Source: Candidatus Poribacteria bacterium
GTDB lineage: Bacteria; Poribacteria; WGA-4E; JAJDTR01
Direction: 5' to 3'
DNA length: 64,000 nucleotides
Assembly (NCBI GenBank): GCA_965222225.1
Contig: CBDCTK010000002.1
Span: forward strand, 3,712,001 to 3,776,000
The translations under genes and the position numbers were made by a program. Below, one piece after another: positions 40,044 to 49,970 of this stretch (its first letter is position 1; each line of letters begins with the position of its first letter). Under the pieces are notes generated by a model. The model saw nothing but the letters and a program-made list of their open reading frames with translations, did no database searches and was not told the DNA's origin.

Positions 40044-42638
40044 TCAAGCCTTTGAATGCCAGAAGGCGGCGACCAAGGCTGTCATCGGAATCGCCAACAC
40101 GAGACCAAGCGTCCCAGCCAGTAACCGCACAATCTCGGCGGCGACGACGCCCACACTCATTAGCTCGACCGGCGGAGATTGAAATAGATCCACGTTGGGC
40201 GCTGCCACTGCCAAGACTAACAACAACCGTGCTCCAAGGTAGGCAAACACCAGTGTATTGACCATTGTTCCAAGGATGTCGGTGCCCACGTTCATCCCGG
40301 AGGCGATTAGCCGCCACGTCGGGATGTTCGGGTTCGCCCGACGAATCTCCTCCATTGAGGAGGACACCTCGATTGCGCCGTCCACGGCGACTCCCAGCAC
40401 CCCCATCAACATGCCCGCAACCAGCAACTGGTTAAAGTCGAAAGGCGGCGTCCGCATGGCTTCGACAATATCCGCCGACATGGCGTTCTCCAACCCGGAA
40501 AAGTGAAGGTACTTCTGCGCGAACATGATAATCATGCCCGACACGAGAATTCCGCCCATCGTTCCCAAAACGGCGGAGAACGTCTTGCGGCTTGGTCCAA
40601 TGACAAATACAAGCGACACAAACGCAACCATGCCCGAAGTCAACGTGACGACGAAGACGGCATTGTGCCCACCCGAAATCAGGGGGAGCATGAAGAAATA
40701 GATAATGACCCCCGAGATGATCATGGCGCAGGCGGTACGTACACCTTCAATTCGCCCGACGACAATGATCAGCAGAAACATCAGTCCCACCATCAGCGCC
40801 AAAAAACCGTCGCGCCCATACTCTTGGACGATATTCACCAAGCTGATCTGATCGGGCGTGCCGCCAACACGGCAGAGTACAACATCACCCGGCGTGGCTG
40901 GAATACTCAACAGAGGCATGTTGTGATTCACAATGTTTCGCAGCATCAACCTGTGTCCCTTATACAGTCCCGACAACATCTCAATCTCAAGAATATGATG
41001 TTCCGAATTTGCCCCGTAGATGTTCAGGCTGTCTCCGATTCTTTTTACGGCGTACGTCTGTTCTCTGTCTTTGTCGGTTATTAACCACCTGCTATCCTTC
41101 CACGCTTTGATTTCGACATTCACATTTTGCGAGAGAGGGATTCCGTTGAATTCAAACTCGACTCGCAAACCATCGGGAATCTCCCGATTCTCCAGATCTT
41201 CCGTGTACTCCAACTCCGACTCAAACAGAAACCTCGCATTGGATTCAAGAAGGCTCAAGACCCTCCCCTTTGCATACTCGGACTTGGAAACGACGTTCCC
41301 ATGCTCATCGTGTTGTTCGGTGATTGTTGCGGATGTGTTATTCAGTCTGTGATAAATCACAACGGTGCAGAGCAGCACGACAATCATGGCAATTGGCACA
41401 GCGAATCGCCCCTTGCTGCCGGGTTTATCAGTTTGCAGGAGTTCCTCAAGTTCCTCGGCAGACGGAGCGTCTTCGTGAATCTCAGTCAATTCTACCTTCC
41501 TGTATTTCGTCAGGATTCCGGCAACGGTAGCCGCGATTGGAACCGTCAGCACCAAGCCTATTGTTCCCACGATAGCCTGTATAATGGCAACCGACGTTGC
41601 CTCGTCATTCGCTAACCGGAGGAAAGGGTAAAGCACGCCAACTTCGGGAAACTCGATCGTGGGTAGCAACATGGTGGTTAGGTGTGCGCCTAGGTAGGCA
41701 AAAATCAGTGTGTCCGCCATCGTGCCCATAATATCTCTACCCACGTTCAGCCCGACGCGAATGGCTTGGCGAACCGTGATATTCGGGTTGACCTGCTTCA
41801 CCTCATGCACTGACGAGGATATGGACATTCCGACATCCATCATCGCGCCGACGGCGCCAAGGATGATGCCCGCGGACAGTATACCCGCGAAATTCCAACC
41901 GTGTGAGGCCTCCGTCCGCCAGAGCGCAATACCGAGTTCCAAGAATCCAAATTCCTCTGCCAGACCGGTGAGAACCATAACTTTTTGGCTGATAATAGAA
42001 AGAATCCCGACCGCAGCCAAGCCCCCGAGCGTTCCCAAGACGCCGGAGATAACCTTGAGGCTGAATCCGGTAATGGTCACGAAGGTTACTATGGTCAAGA
42101 ACGCAGCTATGCCCAAAGCGACGGTAATCGGATTATAGCCGCGCACCATAAGAGGAACAAGGATGTAGAGCACGCTTAATCCTGTGAAAAAGAGTGTCAG
42201 GATGGCTCGTATCCCTTTCATCCCGGCGACGAGGATTATCAAAGTCCCCAGCAGCCAGGCTAGATAGAGGAGAAAAGGCGTGCGAAAGTACGCCCCCATG
42301 CGAACTTCATTGATTGTGGTTTGGTTCTGACGCCTGAGAGGGATTTCGAGAAACAGTACATCGCTTTTTTTGATCGTGCGGTCACTGAAATCGCGACCTA
42401 TCCAGACGTTGTCTACGCGGACTGTTTCCCCACGGAATTGTCCGGAGAGAATGCGAAACGTCAGAATCTGGTCTACGTTCTCACTCGTGTTCACATTGAC
42501 AACACGTCCAAGGCAAATCAATTTCCTTAAAGCGCCGTGATGCACCACCTCGGCGAACCGAAACAATTTTATATGTAATAAGACAACAATCACTGACAGT
42601 GCGAGAACGCCAATGATTTTCAAATTCTTCTCATTCAT
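40044..42638 (-). CDS. Tandem YibE/F-family membrane protein
   Basis: Two YibE/F repeats (GAVGAMMDV..SISS / G.DIMGTM.DTL.FAYLG) with extracytoplasmic domains. Confidence 0.88.
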   Translation of the reverse strand: MNEKNLKIIGVLALSVIVVLLHIKLFRFAEVVHHGALRKLICLGRVVNVNTSENVDQILTFRILSGQFRGETVRVDNVWIGRDFSDRTIKKSDVLFLEIPLRRQNQTTINEVRMGAYFRTPFLLYLAWLLGTLIILVAGMKGIRAILTLFFTGLSVLYILVPLMVRGYNPITVALGIAAFLTIVTFVTITGFSLKVISGVLGTLGGLAAVGILSIISQKVMVLTGLAEEFGFLELGIALWRTEASHGWNFAGILSAGIILGAVGAMMDVGMSISSSVHEVKQVNPNITVRQAIRVGLNVGRDIMGTMADTLIFAYLGAHLTTMLLPTIEFPEVGVLYPFLRLANDEATSVAIIQAIVGTIGLVLTVPIAATVAGILTKYRKVELTEIHEDAPSAEELEELLQTDKPGSKGRFAVPIAMIVVLLCTVVIYHRLNNTSATITEQHDEHGNVVSKSEYAKGRVLSLLESNARFLFESELEYTEDLENREIPDGLRVEFEFNGIPLSQNVNVEIKAWKDSRWLITDKDREQTYAVKRIGDSLNIYGANSEHHILEIEMLSGLYKGHRLMLRNIVNHNMPLLSIPATPGDVVLCRVGGTPDQISLVNIVQEYGRDGFLALMVGLMFLLIIVVGRIEGVRTACAMIISGVIIYFFMLPLISGGHNAVFVVTLTSGMVAFVSLVFVIGPSRKTFSAVLGTMGGILVSGMIIMFAQKYLHFSGLENAMSADIVEAMRTPPFDFNQLLVAGMLMGVLGVAVDGAIEVSSSMEEIRRANPNIPTWRLIASGMNVGTDILGTMVNTLVFAYLGARLLLVLAVAAPNVDLFQSPPVELMSVGVVAAEIVRLLAGTLGLVLAIPMTALVAAFWHSKA

Positions 42639-42883
42639 TCAAGTGTTTCCTCTTGCACCGTCTTCTCAAGAATTCAACTATATCGCAACCCATCCGCACC
42701 ATTTGGAACACCGCGACTGCACCCCTCGGTGCGGCGGCCAGGTTTATAGACGAGGCACGATGCGTGTTTGCACGAAGTCTTGCTCCTTGCCGTATGATAA
42801 TTCACCTCAACCTCGCAAGTTTAATGCCTTTGGAGTCGGTTTGAAGATTTTATTCGCGACGATAGATTGCGATTGGGCGATTT

Positions 42884-43052
42884 TCGAGATCCGGAGGGAA
42901 TCTCTATCGATTAACTGAGATCAAAGGAGTGATCAAGTGACCGATTAGTGAACGCGATAGAGATCCTATAGTAAATCCCGTGCGATAGCGATCTTTGATA
43001 GCGAAGGCGGTAGAAAATCCCACTCACTATTCTTTCGTTTGATCGCTCCTAC
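42884..43052. repeat. Minus-strand REP carrying multi-layer nested micro-elements
   Basis: Reverse complement reads GTAGGAGCG[ATCAAACGAAAGAATAGTGAGTG{..}CGATAGAGATTCC]CTCCGGATCTCGA; plus-strand copies at 42919 and 42931 lie inside the braces. Confidence 0.78.
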
Positions 43053-43242
43053 AGATATCCTCTCGGGTTTGTATTTCAATCTTAGCAAACCTTCCCTATT
43101 CCCGTCAATAAAATGCGCATTTCGTTCCAGCACAATCGTCAAAACCCCAATTTCCCGTCTCATCCCCCCGATTTGCGATACGATTCCCTAGCTAGAACGA
43201 AAAAACAAACGAAAAAACAAACGAAAAATAATCCACAATTAG

Positions 43243-43271
43243 TTGACAAAATTCACAAAACTCTGTATAGT
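43243..43271 (+). promoter_or_regulatory. Sigma70-type promoter
   Basis: TTGACA-17 bp-TATAGT; A-rich 12-bp tandem (CGAAAAAACAAA) upstream. Confidence 0.7.
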
Positions 43272-43479
43272 ACTATTTGATTTGGTGGATGTTTTTCAAT
43301 GACATACGATATCTGGATTATTAACGCGTTAGGCATGTGAAACCGTTGCTAACCGCGTATTTTAGCGTGTCGGTATACAGTATGTAATTTGTGTTTGAAT
43401 ACAATATATACTAGCATCACCCCTCGGTATTTTGTAGTTTCACCGTCCTCCCATATTAAGTATTTTTAAGAGATTTCAG

Positions 43480-44502
43480 ATGACAAAGATTCCGTTCCTC
43501 TTCATCGTTTTGTGGTTTGGCTTGCAATTGGCTCTCCCTCACTCAATTCCAGCACAATCAACTACGGCACAACCAACGAAAGATTCCGCCGAGAAGACTC
43601 AGCCTCTCGACGCCCCCGAAGAGAAACCGGCGAACGACTCGGAGCCGGATAATCAGCCATCAGAAATCGCTCGCAGTGTGGAGGCGAATCAACAGGTTGT
43701 GCAGATTGGTGGAAATTATCACCTCAGTCCCAAGGAAGCTGTCGAGAGTTTGATTGTGATTGGCGGCAATTTGACTCTTCGAGGCAAGGTCAATAACGAC
43801 GTGCTGGTTCTAAAAGGTGACGTTGAGGTGCAAGAAGGGGCAGTGGTTCTAGGCAGCGTTACCACGGTTTTAGGTGAGATTCGGGGAAAGCAGTATCTAG
43901 AGGGTATTCACAGAGAAGTTAACGGCTGGAAGTTTATCCCCGCCTCCGCATGGCTTATCATGCGACCACAGGAGGCGTGGGGAATGGGGAAGTCCGCGAA
44001 ATTTGGGTGGGGCGTGTTGGTGTTCATCGCGCTAACTTTGGTTCACATTACGGTTTATGCCGTATTCCCTCAACGGCTGAATACCATGGCACACGTAATC
44101 TCTCACCGTCCCATAGGCAGCACGCTGCTTGGATTCATAGTGATGATCGTCGCCCCTTGTCTCATAGCGGTGTTGGTGCTTTCAATAGTCGGTATCCCGT
44201 TTGTGCTGTTGTTTATCTCAATTTTGCTTCCGATAGCAATCTACGGCAAGACGGCAGTCTTCCTATCAATGGGGCAAACAATCTTTTCCAACCAACCAAA
44301 GGTTGTGGCAGTGGTTGCGGGCTATTGGATTTATTTCATGGCAACTTCTATCCCACACGTGGGTTTACCCATGTTCCTAGCCGCAAACGCCATCGCAGTC
44401 GGTATCTGTCTCAGGACGGTGTTTGGTCAGAAATCGAGACAGAGCGCCCCTCCGTTCGCTCACCGGCACCCCCTCCTCGACAAATACCGGCAGGCGGATT
44501 AA
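43480..44502 (+). CDS. Bactofilin-like beta-helix + multi-TM membrane protein
   Basis: Signal peptide; VIGGNLTLRGKVNNDVLVLKGDV...VLGSVTTVLG repeats; TM bundle with SIVGIP. Confidence 0.75.
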   Translation: MTKIPFLFIVLWFGLQLALPHSIPAQSTTAQPTKDSAEKTQPLDAPEEKPANDSEPDNQPSEIARSVEANQQVVQIGGNYHLSPKEAVESLIVIGGNLTLRGKVNNDVLVLKGDVEVQEGAVVLGSVTTVLGEIRGKQYLEGIHREVNGWKFIPASAWLIMRPQEAWGMGKSAKFGWGVLVFIALTLVHITVYAVFPQRLNTMAHVISHRPIGSTLLGFIVMIVAPCLIAVLVLSIVGIPFVLLFISILLPIAIYGKTAVFLSMGQTIFSNQPKVVAVVAGYWIYFMATSIPHVGLPMFLAANAIAVGICLRTVFGQKSRQSAPPFAHRHPLLDKYRQAD

Positions 44503-44601
44503 CCAAGAGCTCGTAGGTTGGATTGAACATAACGAAGCCCAACTCCCTAATTAAAATCTAATTTCTCCACGCTGCGAACCCAACCCAGGAGAGGCATACC
44601 C

Positions 44602-45582
44602 ATGGCACATCACTCGGACGAACTTTTTAGTACGGACGATTGGGTCGAGATTTACAAGACAGGCGACGAGTGGGAAGTTAAGTTAATCGAGGCAACGCTG
44701 CAAAACCAACAGATTCGGTGTCGTCCGGTCTACGATCGAAAGTTGCGTCAAACAACCTTATTTGTTGCGCCGGAACATCAAGTAGATGCGCTTGAGCTTG
44801 TAAGCAGAATTGGCTTGGTCATTACGGATAATCAAAGTACAACACCCCGTTCGGACGAAGATGAGTGGGAGCAAAATCAATCTTCTCACCAAGCGATTGA
44901 TGGCGACAACAATCTACCGGACGCAACGGCTCCCGCCCTTGAGGAGGTTACGGTTGCGGAACGGGAAGGCATCGGAGCGATTATCCACTATATCGGGCGC
45001 GGATATGAGTTGCATGTCGGTCCCGAGCCTTACGTCATTGTTGAAGAGGACCGTTGGGAGGAATTCACCGACCTGAGCGCACAGCGCCAAGAATTCCCGA
45101 TTCTTCTCAGGCATGAATATCCGGAACTTCTCGCATGGCTCAAGTATAAGAAATTGATGGCAGAGTTCATTCGTCTGGTCGAATCCACCTACAGCGAGGT
45201 TCCGCCGCCACGAGGGCAACGCCGCCGTGAGTCAAATCAGTCGCATCCCGCTACCCAACACCCCGAAACCAATTCGGCTGAAGCGAAAGTCCCCCAAATC
45301 GCAAAATTCAGCCTCTGGCTTTCGCTTGTTTCGTTGCTCGCCGCCTTCATCCAATTGCCTTTGTATGCATGCGCCGTGCTTTCCGTGTTGGCAATTGGAC
45401 TAGCGCTGCTCGGGGCATACAGGATTATCACTGAGGACAGCGGGGTTAAAGGAACCCCCGTTGTTCTGATTGCCATAATTCTCGCCCTATTTGCGCTTGC
45501 AGTCGGGTGGAAACAGTCTCAGCCCAGCCCGGTACAACCGGATGCGCGCATTAGGAACGCCGAGTCCGGGACAGCAAAATGA
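44602..45582 (+). CDS. Hypothetical protein (DUF2007-like N-terminus, C-terminal TM helices)
   Basis: WVEIY...EVKLIEATL...I...LFVAPE..ALELV; 3 C-terminal hydrophobic segments; SD present. Confidence 0.7.
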   Translation: MAHHSDELFSTDDWVEIYKTGDEWEVKLIEATLQNQQIRCRPVYDRKLRQTTLFVAPEHQVDALELVSRIGLVITDNQSTTPRSDEDEWEQNQSSHQAIDGDNNLPDATAPALEEVTVAEREGIGAIIHYIGRGYELHVGPEPYVIVEEDRWEEFTDLSAQRQEFPILLRHEYPELLAWLKYKKLMAEFIRLVESTYSEVPPPRGQRRRESNQSHPATQHPETNSAEAKVPQIAKFSLWLSLVSLLAAFIQLPLYACAVLSVLAIGLALLGAYRIITEDSGVKGTPVVLIAIILALFALAVGWKQSQPSPVQPDARIRNAESGTAK

Positions 45583-45605
45583 TTCTCTGAATCCAAGAAC
45601 ACAAT

Positions 45606-46295
45606 ATGTCCTGCTGCACCATTGTATTTGCCAAGAATCCCGTGCCCGGTCAGGTAAAGACCCGCCTACTCCCTCTCCTCTCGCCCGACCAAGTGGCATC
45701 ACTCTACCGAGCCTTCTTGGTTGACTGGTGTAATGCGCTTTCCTCGCTCCCGACGATCGATTTGGTCGTAGCTTACACTCCACCCGACGGTTTAGGCGAC
45801 CTGAAAACTTTGATTGGAGAGCAGGCGATTTACATCCCCCAAGGAGATTCAGGATTGGGTGAACGGTTAACCGCGGTGTCACGATGGGCTTGCGATCAGG
45901 ACTACGGAACGTTCCTGCTCGTCGGCTCCGATAGCCCAACCCTTCCGATAGCGTACATTCAGCGAGCGATGGAGTTATTGGAATCCCGTGATATTGTCAT
46001 CGGTCCGAGCACGGATGGCGGATATTACCTCATCGGGTTTTCCAAAAGCGGAGCGAACCGCACAATCCCCGTCATATTTCAGGACATTGCGTGGAGCACG
46101 GAGCATGTCCTTAGACAGACACTTGAGAAAGTTGACTCAACCGGCGCACAACTCGGGTTGTTGCCGCCGTGGTACGATGTTGATACGCCATCCGACTTGC
46201 GGTTTTTGCGGGATCACCTGTTTGCCATGCGTCTTGCCGGATGCCGCGCCCCTTTTCCGAGGACAGAACGTGAATTAGAAAAATGGTTGAGTTGA
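45606..46295 (+). CDS. DUF2064/TIGR04282 CofC-like nucleotidyl/glycosyltransferase
   Basis: FAKNPVPGQVKTRL, Q...LGERL, GSDSPTL, GPSTDGGYYLIG, I.WST, DVDT..DL. Confidence 0.88.
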   Translation: MSCCTIVFAKNPVPGQVKTRLLPLLSPDQVASLYRAFLVDWCNALSSLPTIDLVVAYTPPDGLGDLKTLIGEQAIYIPQGDSGLGERLTAVSRWACDQDYGTFLLVGSDSPTLPIAYIQRAMELLESRDIVIGPSTDGGYYLIGFSKSGANRTIPVIFQDIAWSTEHVLRQTLEKVDSTGAQLGLLPPWYDVDTPSDLRFLRDHLFAMRLAGCRAPFPRTERELEKWLS

Positions 46296-46342
46296 ACAAT
46301 CTGCAATCATCGCTGCGGACGTTGCCTCGGAGGTGTTTATGT

Positions 46343-46717
46343 CTAGTCGGTGTTATCCGCAATTCGTCGTAAGTAGGTTTCGACATCGTCTAAATCGGTT
46401 CCCATCTCGCTTAAGTGGCTTTCAATATCGTATAGATAGCTTTTGCTGCTCCCAGACTTGCTTTCGATACTGTTTAACGTACTTTCGATACTACTTAAAT
46501 TGCTGTTGATACTGTTCAAGGTACTTTGGATACTGCTTAAGCTGCTTGTGATGCTGCGCAAGTAGCTTTCGATTTCGGAACTGGGAGCGGGTAGGTTGTA
46601 GTCGGTATTGGGTTCGCCCGATTCACTGGCGGTGTACAGTGTGAATACCCCAAACAGGAAACAAGATATGATAACGGAGACTAGGACGAAGGATCCGTGT
46701 TTCTTGATCTCGGACAT
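46343..46717 (-). CDS. Membrane-anchored Ser-rich heptad coiled-coil protein
   Basis: AAAAGGAG SD; N-terminal TM; (SIxSxL.)n repeats encoded by degenerate 21-bp units. Confidence 0.75.
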   Translation of the reverse strand: MSEIKKHGSFVLVSVIISCFLFGVFTLYTASESGEPNTDYNLPAPSSEIESYLRSITSSLSSIQSTLNSINSNLSSIESTLNSIESKSGSSKSYLYDIESHLSEMGTDLDDVETYLRRIADNTD

Positions 46718-46858
46718 GATAGATTCTCCTTTTTATGTACGGCAGCGCTCAGCGTTGCCGGGGGTTAATCTATGGCTATACTTCACTATTGGGGATTGTT
46801 GGATATTGGGAATTGTTGGATGAATCAGAAGGAGGTGGCTAGTGAAATGAAATGCTTA

Positions 46859-47247
46859 AGAGCCTGTTTGAAAAGTACAGTTTGTAGGGTGCGATCAAAC
46901 GAGTGGATAGCGAGTGCGATAGCTAATCCCGCGCGATAGAAATCCCATAGAAATCCTGCACCATTTCTTGTATGGTGCGATCAAAGGAATGAATAATGAC
47001 TGCGATAGAGATCCCCTTCGATTAAGTGACCGAATAGGGAACGCGATAGGGATCCTACCAGCCTTTGTGAGCCCCAGCGTGGGATCAAACGAGCGAATAG
47101 CGATCAAGCGACTGAATAAGGAGCGCGATAGAAATCCCGTGCGATAGAAATCCTGACAGGTGTATAGCAGGCGACCACAAAAGCATGAAAAAGCCGCACC
47201 CAAAGTGACCAAAAATCGCTTTGCCACCTATTATTCAATCAGGCTCT
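46859..47247. mobile_element. MITE-like element filled with REPs and micro-elements
   Basis: TIRs AGAGCCTGTTTGAA / TTCAATCAGGCTCT (13/14) with TA on both flanks; micro-elements at 46893, 46979, 47020, 47083 and 47102. Confidence 0.65.
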
Positions 47248-47314
47248 TAGTAAATGCCGTGCGATAGAGTCCCTGCTAGAAACAGCTATGTTTTTGGGGT
47301 AACTACAACCAGTT

Positions 47315-47689
47315 TCAGCGCTCTCTGACCTGAGCGTCGTAGATAAGGAACTCCGTAATCTGACTGGCAGTTTTAGGTGTCAATCCCGAGCCGGGCTTTC
47401 TCATCATGTGCTGCACATACTTCTTCCACTCCTCTGCCGTGAAGGCAGAGTTGATGGGGCGGGCAACCGTATGACACCGGCTGCATTTGTTTGCGAACAG
47501 TTGGTAGTATTCCCGTATCTTGGGAGGATAGCCTGAGACATCAACGTAATTTTGCCCCTTATCGGCGGGATACGTCTTGAGAGTTGCTTGGGGTATTCGG
47601 AGCATTCCGATGACTATGGCGACCATCAAGCCAAGCACAATCAAGACGGTTATCCAAACCACGAGTTGACCCATCCGTCGGTATCCCAA
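47315..47689 (-). CDS. Membrane-anchored monoheme cytochrome c
   Basis: N-terminal TM; CSRCH; W...V.HMM.K distal Met. Confidence 0.82.
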   Translation of the reverse strand: MGYRRMGQLVVWITVLIVLGLMVAIVIGMLRIPQATLKTYPADKGQNYVDVSGYPPKIREYYQLFANKCSRCHTVARPINSAFTAEEWKKYVQHMMRKPGSGLTPKTASQITEFLIYDAQVRER

Positions 47690-47692
47690 TCG

Positions 47693-48178
47693 TTACGCTT
47701 CCGCTTTTAGCGTTTCCACGCGTCGTTGGGCAGCCATTCCCAGATAGTGATAATCAAAATCTTTCACGAGCTTCCCAAATTGTTTTATCGCCTTATTGCG
47801 CTGTCCAAGTTTATTGTGGGATTCTGCTAACCAGTAAAGACACTTAAGGAGCGTCGGGTTCGGGTTTTCGTCACTCCCCGCTTTTGCGGATACGCCGTGT
47901 CTCTTCTCGTATGCAATAGCGGCTTTGAATTTCTTTACCGCGTTCTCGAAATCGCGGTGCTCATGGTATGCTTGGAAAGCTTGGTACAGGTTGAGATTGT
48001 CGCTATTGTCACGGAGAAATTCCAGATTATCAGCGACTTCTTCTAAAGCGTACTCTCCGTCATCCGCCTCATCTGGTTGTGTCTCATCTGGTTGTGTCTC
48101 ATCTGGTTGTGCCTCAACTGGTTGTGCCTCAACCAGTTCTTGATCGTCTTGCAACTCAGCCATTTCAATCTCCTTCAT
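47693..48178 (-). CDS. TPR (BamD/YbgF-like) protein with acidic QPDET repeats
   Basis: TPR LYWLAESHNKLG...AIKQF; 15-bp tandem repeats at ~48065-48135. Confidence 0.72.
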   Translation of the reverse strand: MKEIEMAELQDDQELVEAQPVEAQPDETQPDETQPDEADDGEYALEEVADNLEFLRDNSDNLNLYQAFQAYHEHRDFENAVKKFKAAIAYEKRHGVSAKAGSDENPNPTLLKCLYWLAESHNKLGQRNKAIKQFGKLVKDFDYHYLGMAAQRRVETLKAEA

Positions 48179-48258
48179 AAAGGTTTTGTTGTTGATTTAG
48201 TATACCAAACATACGACCGAATCGCAAATCATAAAACTCCCTCAAGCAACTGGATGTT

Positions 48259-48523
48259 GTAGGAGCGATCTCCAGGTCGCGATTCCGTAGAACCAAACGT
48301 TGTAGGAGCAATCAAGCGAGTGGATAGGTCAAGCGAGCGAACAGCGACCACGATAGCAATCCCCCTCCCGGTCGCGACCCATCAACGAAGCGGATAGTAA
48401 TTATAGGGTGCGATCAAAGGAATGAATAATGACTGCGATAGAGATCCCCTGCGATCAAGCGACTGGATAAGGAGCGCGATAGCTATCCCATGCGATAGAG
48501 ATCTTAGTGCGATAGAAATTCCC
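48259..48523 (+). repeat. REP and micro-element cluster
   Basis: Intact REP at 48259; interrupted REP at 48302-48379; element left ends at ~48310, 48327, 48380, 48412 and 48453, with extra right halves. Confidence 0.85.
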
Positions 48524-48783
48524 TAGCCATCCTCCCCTTCCCCCCAAACCTCATTACAGACCCAACCCCATTTCCCATTGGCAATTCCCCGGCACCTATG
48601 CCATAATCTCACACTGCGACCATGTTGAACATGTTCGGATTGAATTATGAAAACAGAAACTTACTAACATTCACCGTAGGAGCCAACCATGAAGACAAAA
48701 TTTATAATATTGATATGTACACTAACTTCACTAAGGTTGAAAAATCCCTGAGCTACATGCCAAATGTAAGAGGTGGCTCTACG

Positions 48784-49644
48784 ATGTCTAAGAAAACGGG
48801 AAACGCAGCACAGGAGAACCACGGAGACGAACAGTCTCGTAAATACATGCTAGAAATTGCCGGCAGCGGTGGTGGCAGTGTAGCAGGTGCGTATTTGGGA
48901 TTACTAGTCGCCGGTCCAGCCGGAGTTTTGGTGGGAGCATTGTGCGGGGGCGCGGGAGGTAAGGTCATTGAAATTGCGTTGAGGGTAGTTTTCCAAGAGA
49001 TTTGGGCGCGACAGTTGAGCACGCCAGAGAGAATGCGCGTAGGTACTGTGCTTGACGTCGTGATTGCCGAAATACGCCGGCGTATAGAAGCTGGTGAAAG
49101 TGTACGCATGGATGGCTTCTTCGACGAGAAACAAGCGGGCAGACCCGATGCAGAAGAAGTTGCGGAGAGCGTGCTATTGAAGGTTCAGAGAGAGCCGGAA
49201 GAAATGAAACTCCCGTACATGGCTTATTTTCTTTCAAGCATCGCCTTCAATCCGGAAATCAGCGCACAAATGGCACACCAACTCACAAAGATCGCCGAGC
49301 AACTTACCTACCGACAATTATGCATTCTTAAGCTCTCTGTCGTGAAAGATGAATATGGGCTGCGTGGCAAAGACTACCGGGATCATGATGATTTCGGAAA
49401 AGACCTCTATCCGGTACTTTACGAGTGTGCTGAACTTTATAACAAGGAATATATTAACTTCGGGGGTGAAGCGAATTTTCATATCGGGGAACATATGGAT
49501 TACGGCGCTACAATTCACCGACTTACGAGGGCAAGACCTGACCAGATGACCCTCCAAGGCATAGGTGCAGATCTTTTCAATCTCATGAAACTGTCTTTGA
49601 TACCGAAGAAAGATATAGCCCCAATTGCCGAGCAGTTAAAGTAA
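48784..49644 (+). CDS. Hypothetical protein with N-terminal glycine zipper (Abi-alpha-like architecture, tentative)
   Basis: GSVAGAYLGLLVAGPAGVLVGALCGG; E.EEMK..YMA...; LTYRQLCIL; start moved to MSKKTG after a GAGGTG SD. Confidence 0.7.
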   Translation: MSKKTGNAAQENHGDEQSRKYMLEIAGSGGGSVAGAYLGLLVAGPAGVLVGALCGGAGGKVIEIALRVVFQEIWARQLSTPERMRVGTVLDVVIAEIRRRIEAGESVRMDGFFDEKQAGRPDAEEVAESVLLKVQREPEEMKLPYMAYFLSSIAFNPEISAQMAHQLTKIAEQLTYRQLCILKLSVVKDEYGLRGKDYRDHDDFGKDLYPVLYECAELYNKEYINFGGEANFHIGEHMDYGATIHRLTRARPDQMTLQGIGADLFNLMKLSLIPKKDIAPIAEQLK

Positions 49645-49970
49645 AACGACATTGGACAACAAGGTTTCGGGCAGCGATGTGACATTATTCTCCCGGAAAG
49701 GTATTGTGCAGATTCCAACCTACATCCACCACATTCTCCTCTAAACACTGCTCGTGCGTTCACTTGTTAAATGGACATCCCCTGAAAGTGAAGGAGTTTT
49801 TCTCAGAGTGTGTAAGGACTAATGGTGACGACAGCTCTTTTACTGGACGCAGGCAAATGTACTTTGCCTATGCGGCGTTTGTCGGACGCCCGCGAGCGCT
49901 ATTCGCCGTGCACCAAATGTAATCCGCCGCAGTAAGAGAAAAGTATCTTGAGAAAAGGAGTTGAAAGCGA

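Noticed and set aside
46893-47153. Micro-element as a DGR template/variable repeat
   Set aside because: Copies are intergenic, several A and T columns are near-invariant on both strands, and no reverse transcriptase is in the window; classic adenine-specific mutagenesis does not fit.
46895-47227. ORFs over repeat clusters (also 61923-62111, 42966-43163, 33155-33658)
   Set aside because: Chance frames through non-coding repeats; variable columns are not codon-wobble positions and some copies contain stops.
46893-48523. Micro-element clusters as CRISPR arrays
   Set aside because: Repeats are degenerate and nested, with no regular unique spacers and no cas genes in the window.
48689-48751. 20-codon ORF MKTKFIILICTLTSLRLKNP with an AGGAG SD
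   Set aside because: Too short to support; probably a signal-peptide remnant of a deleted gene.
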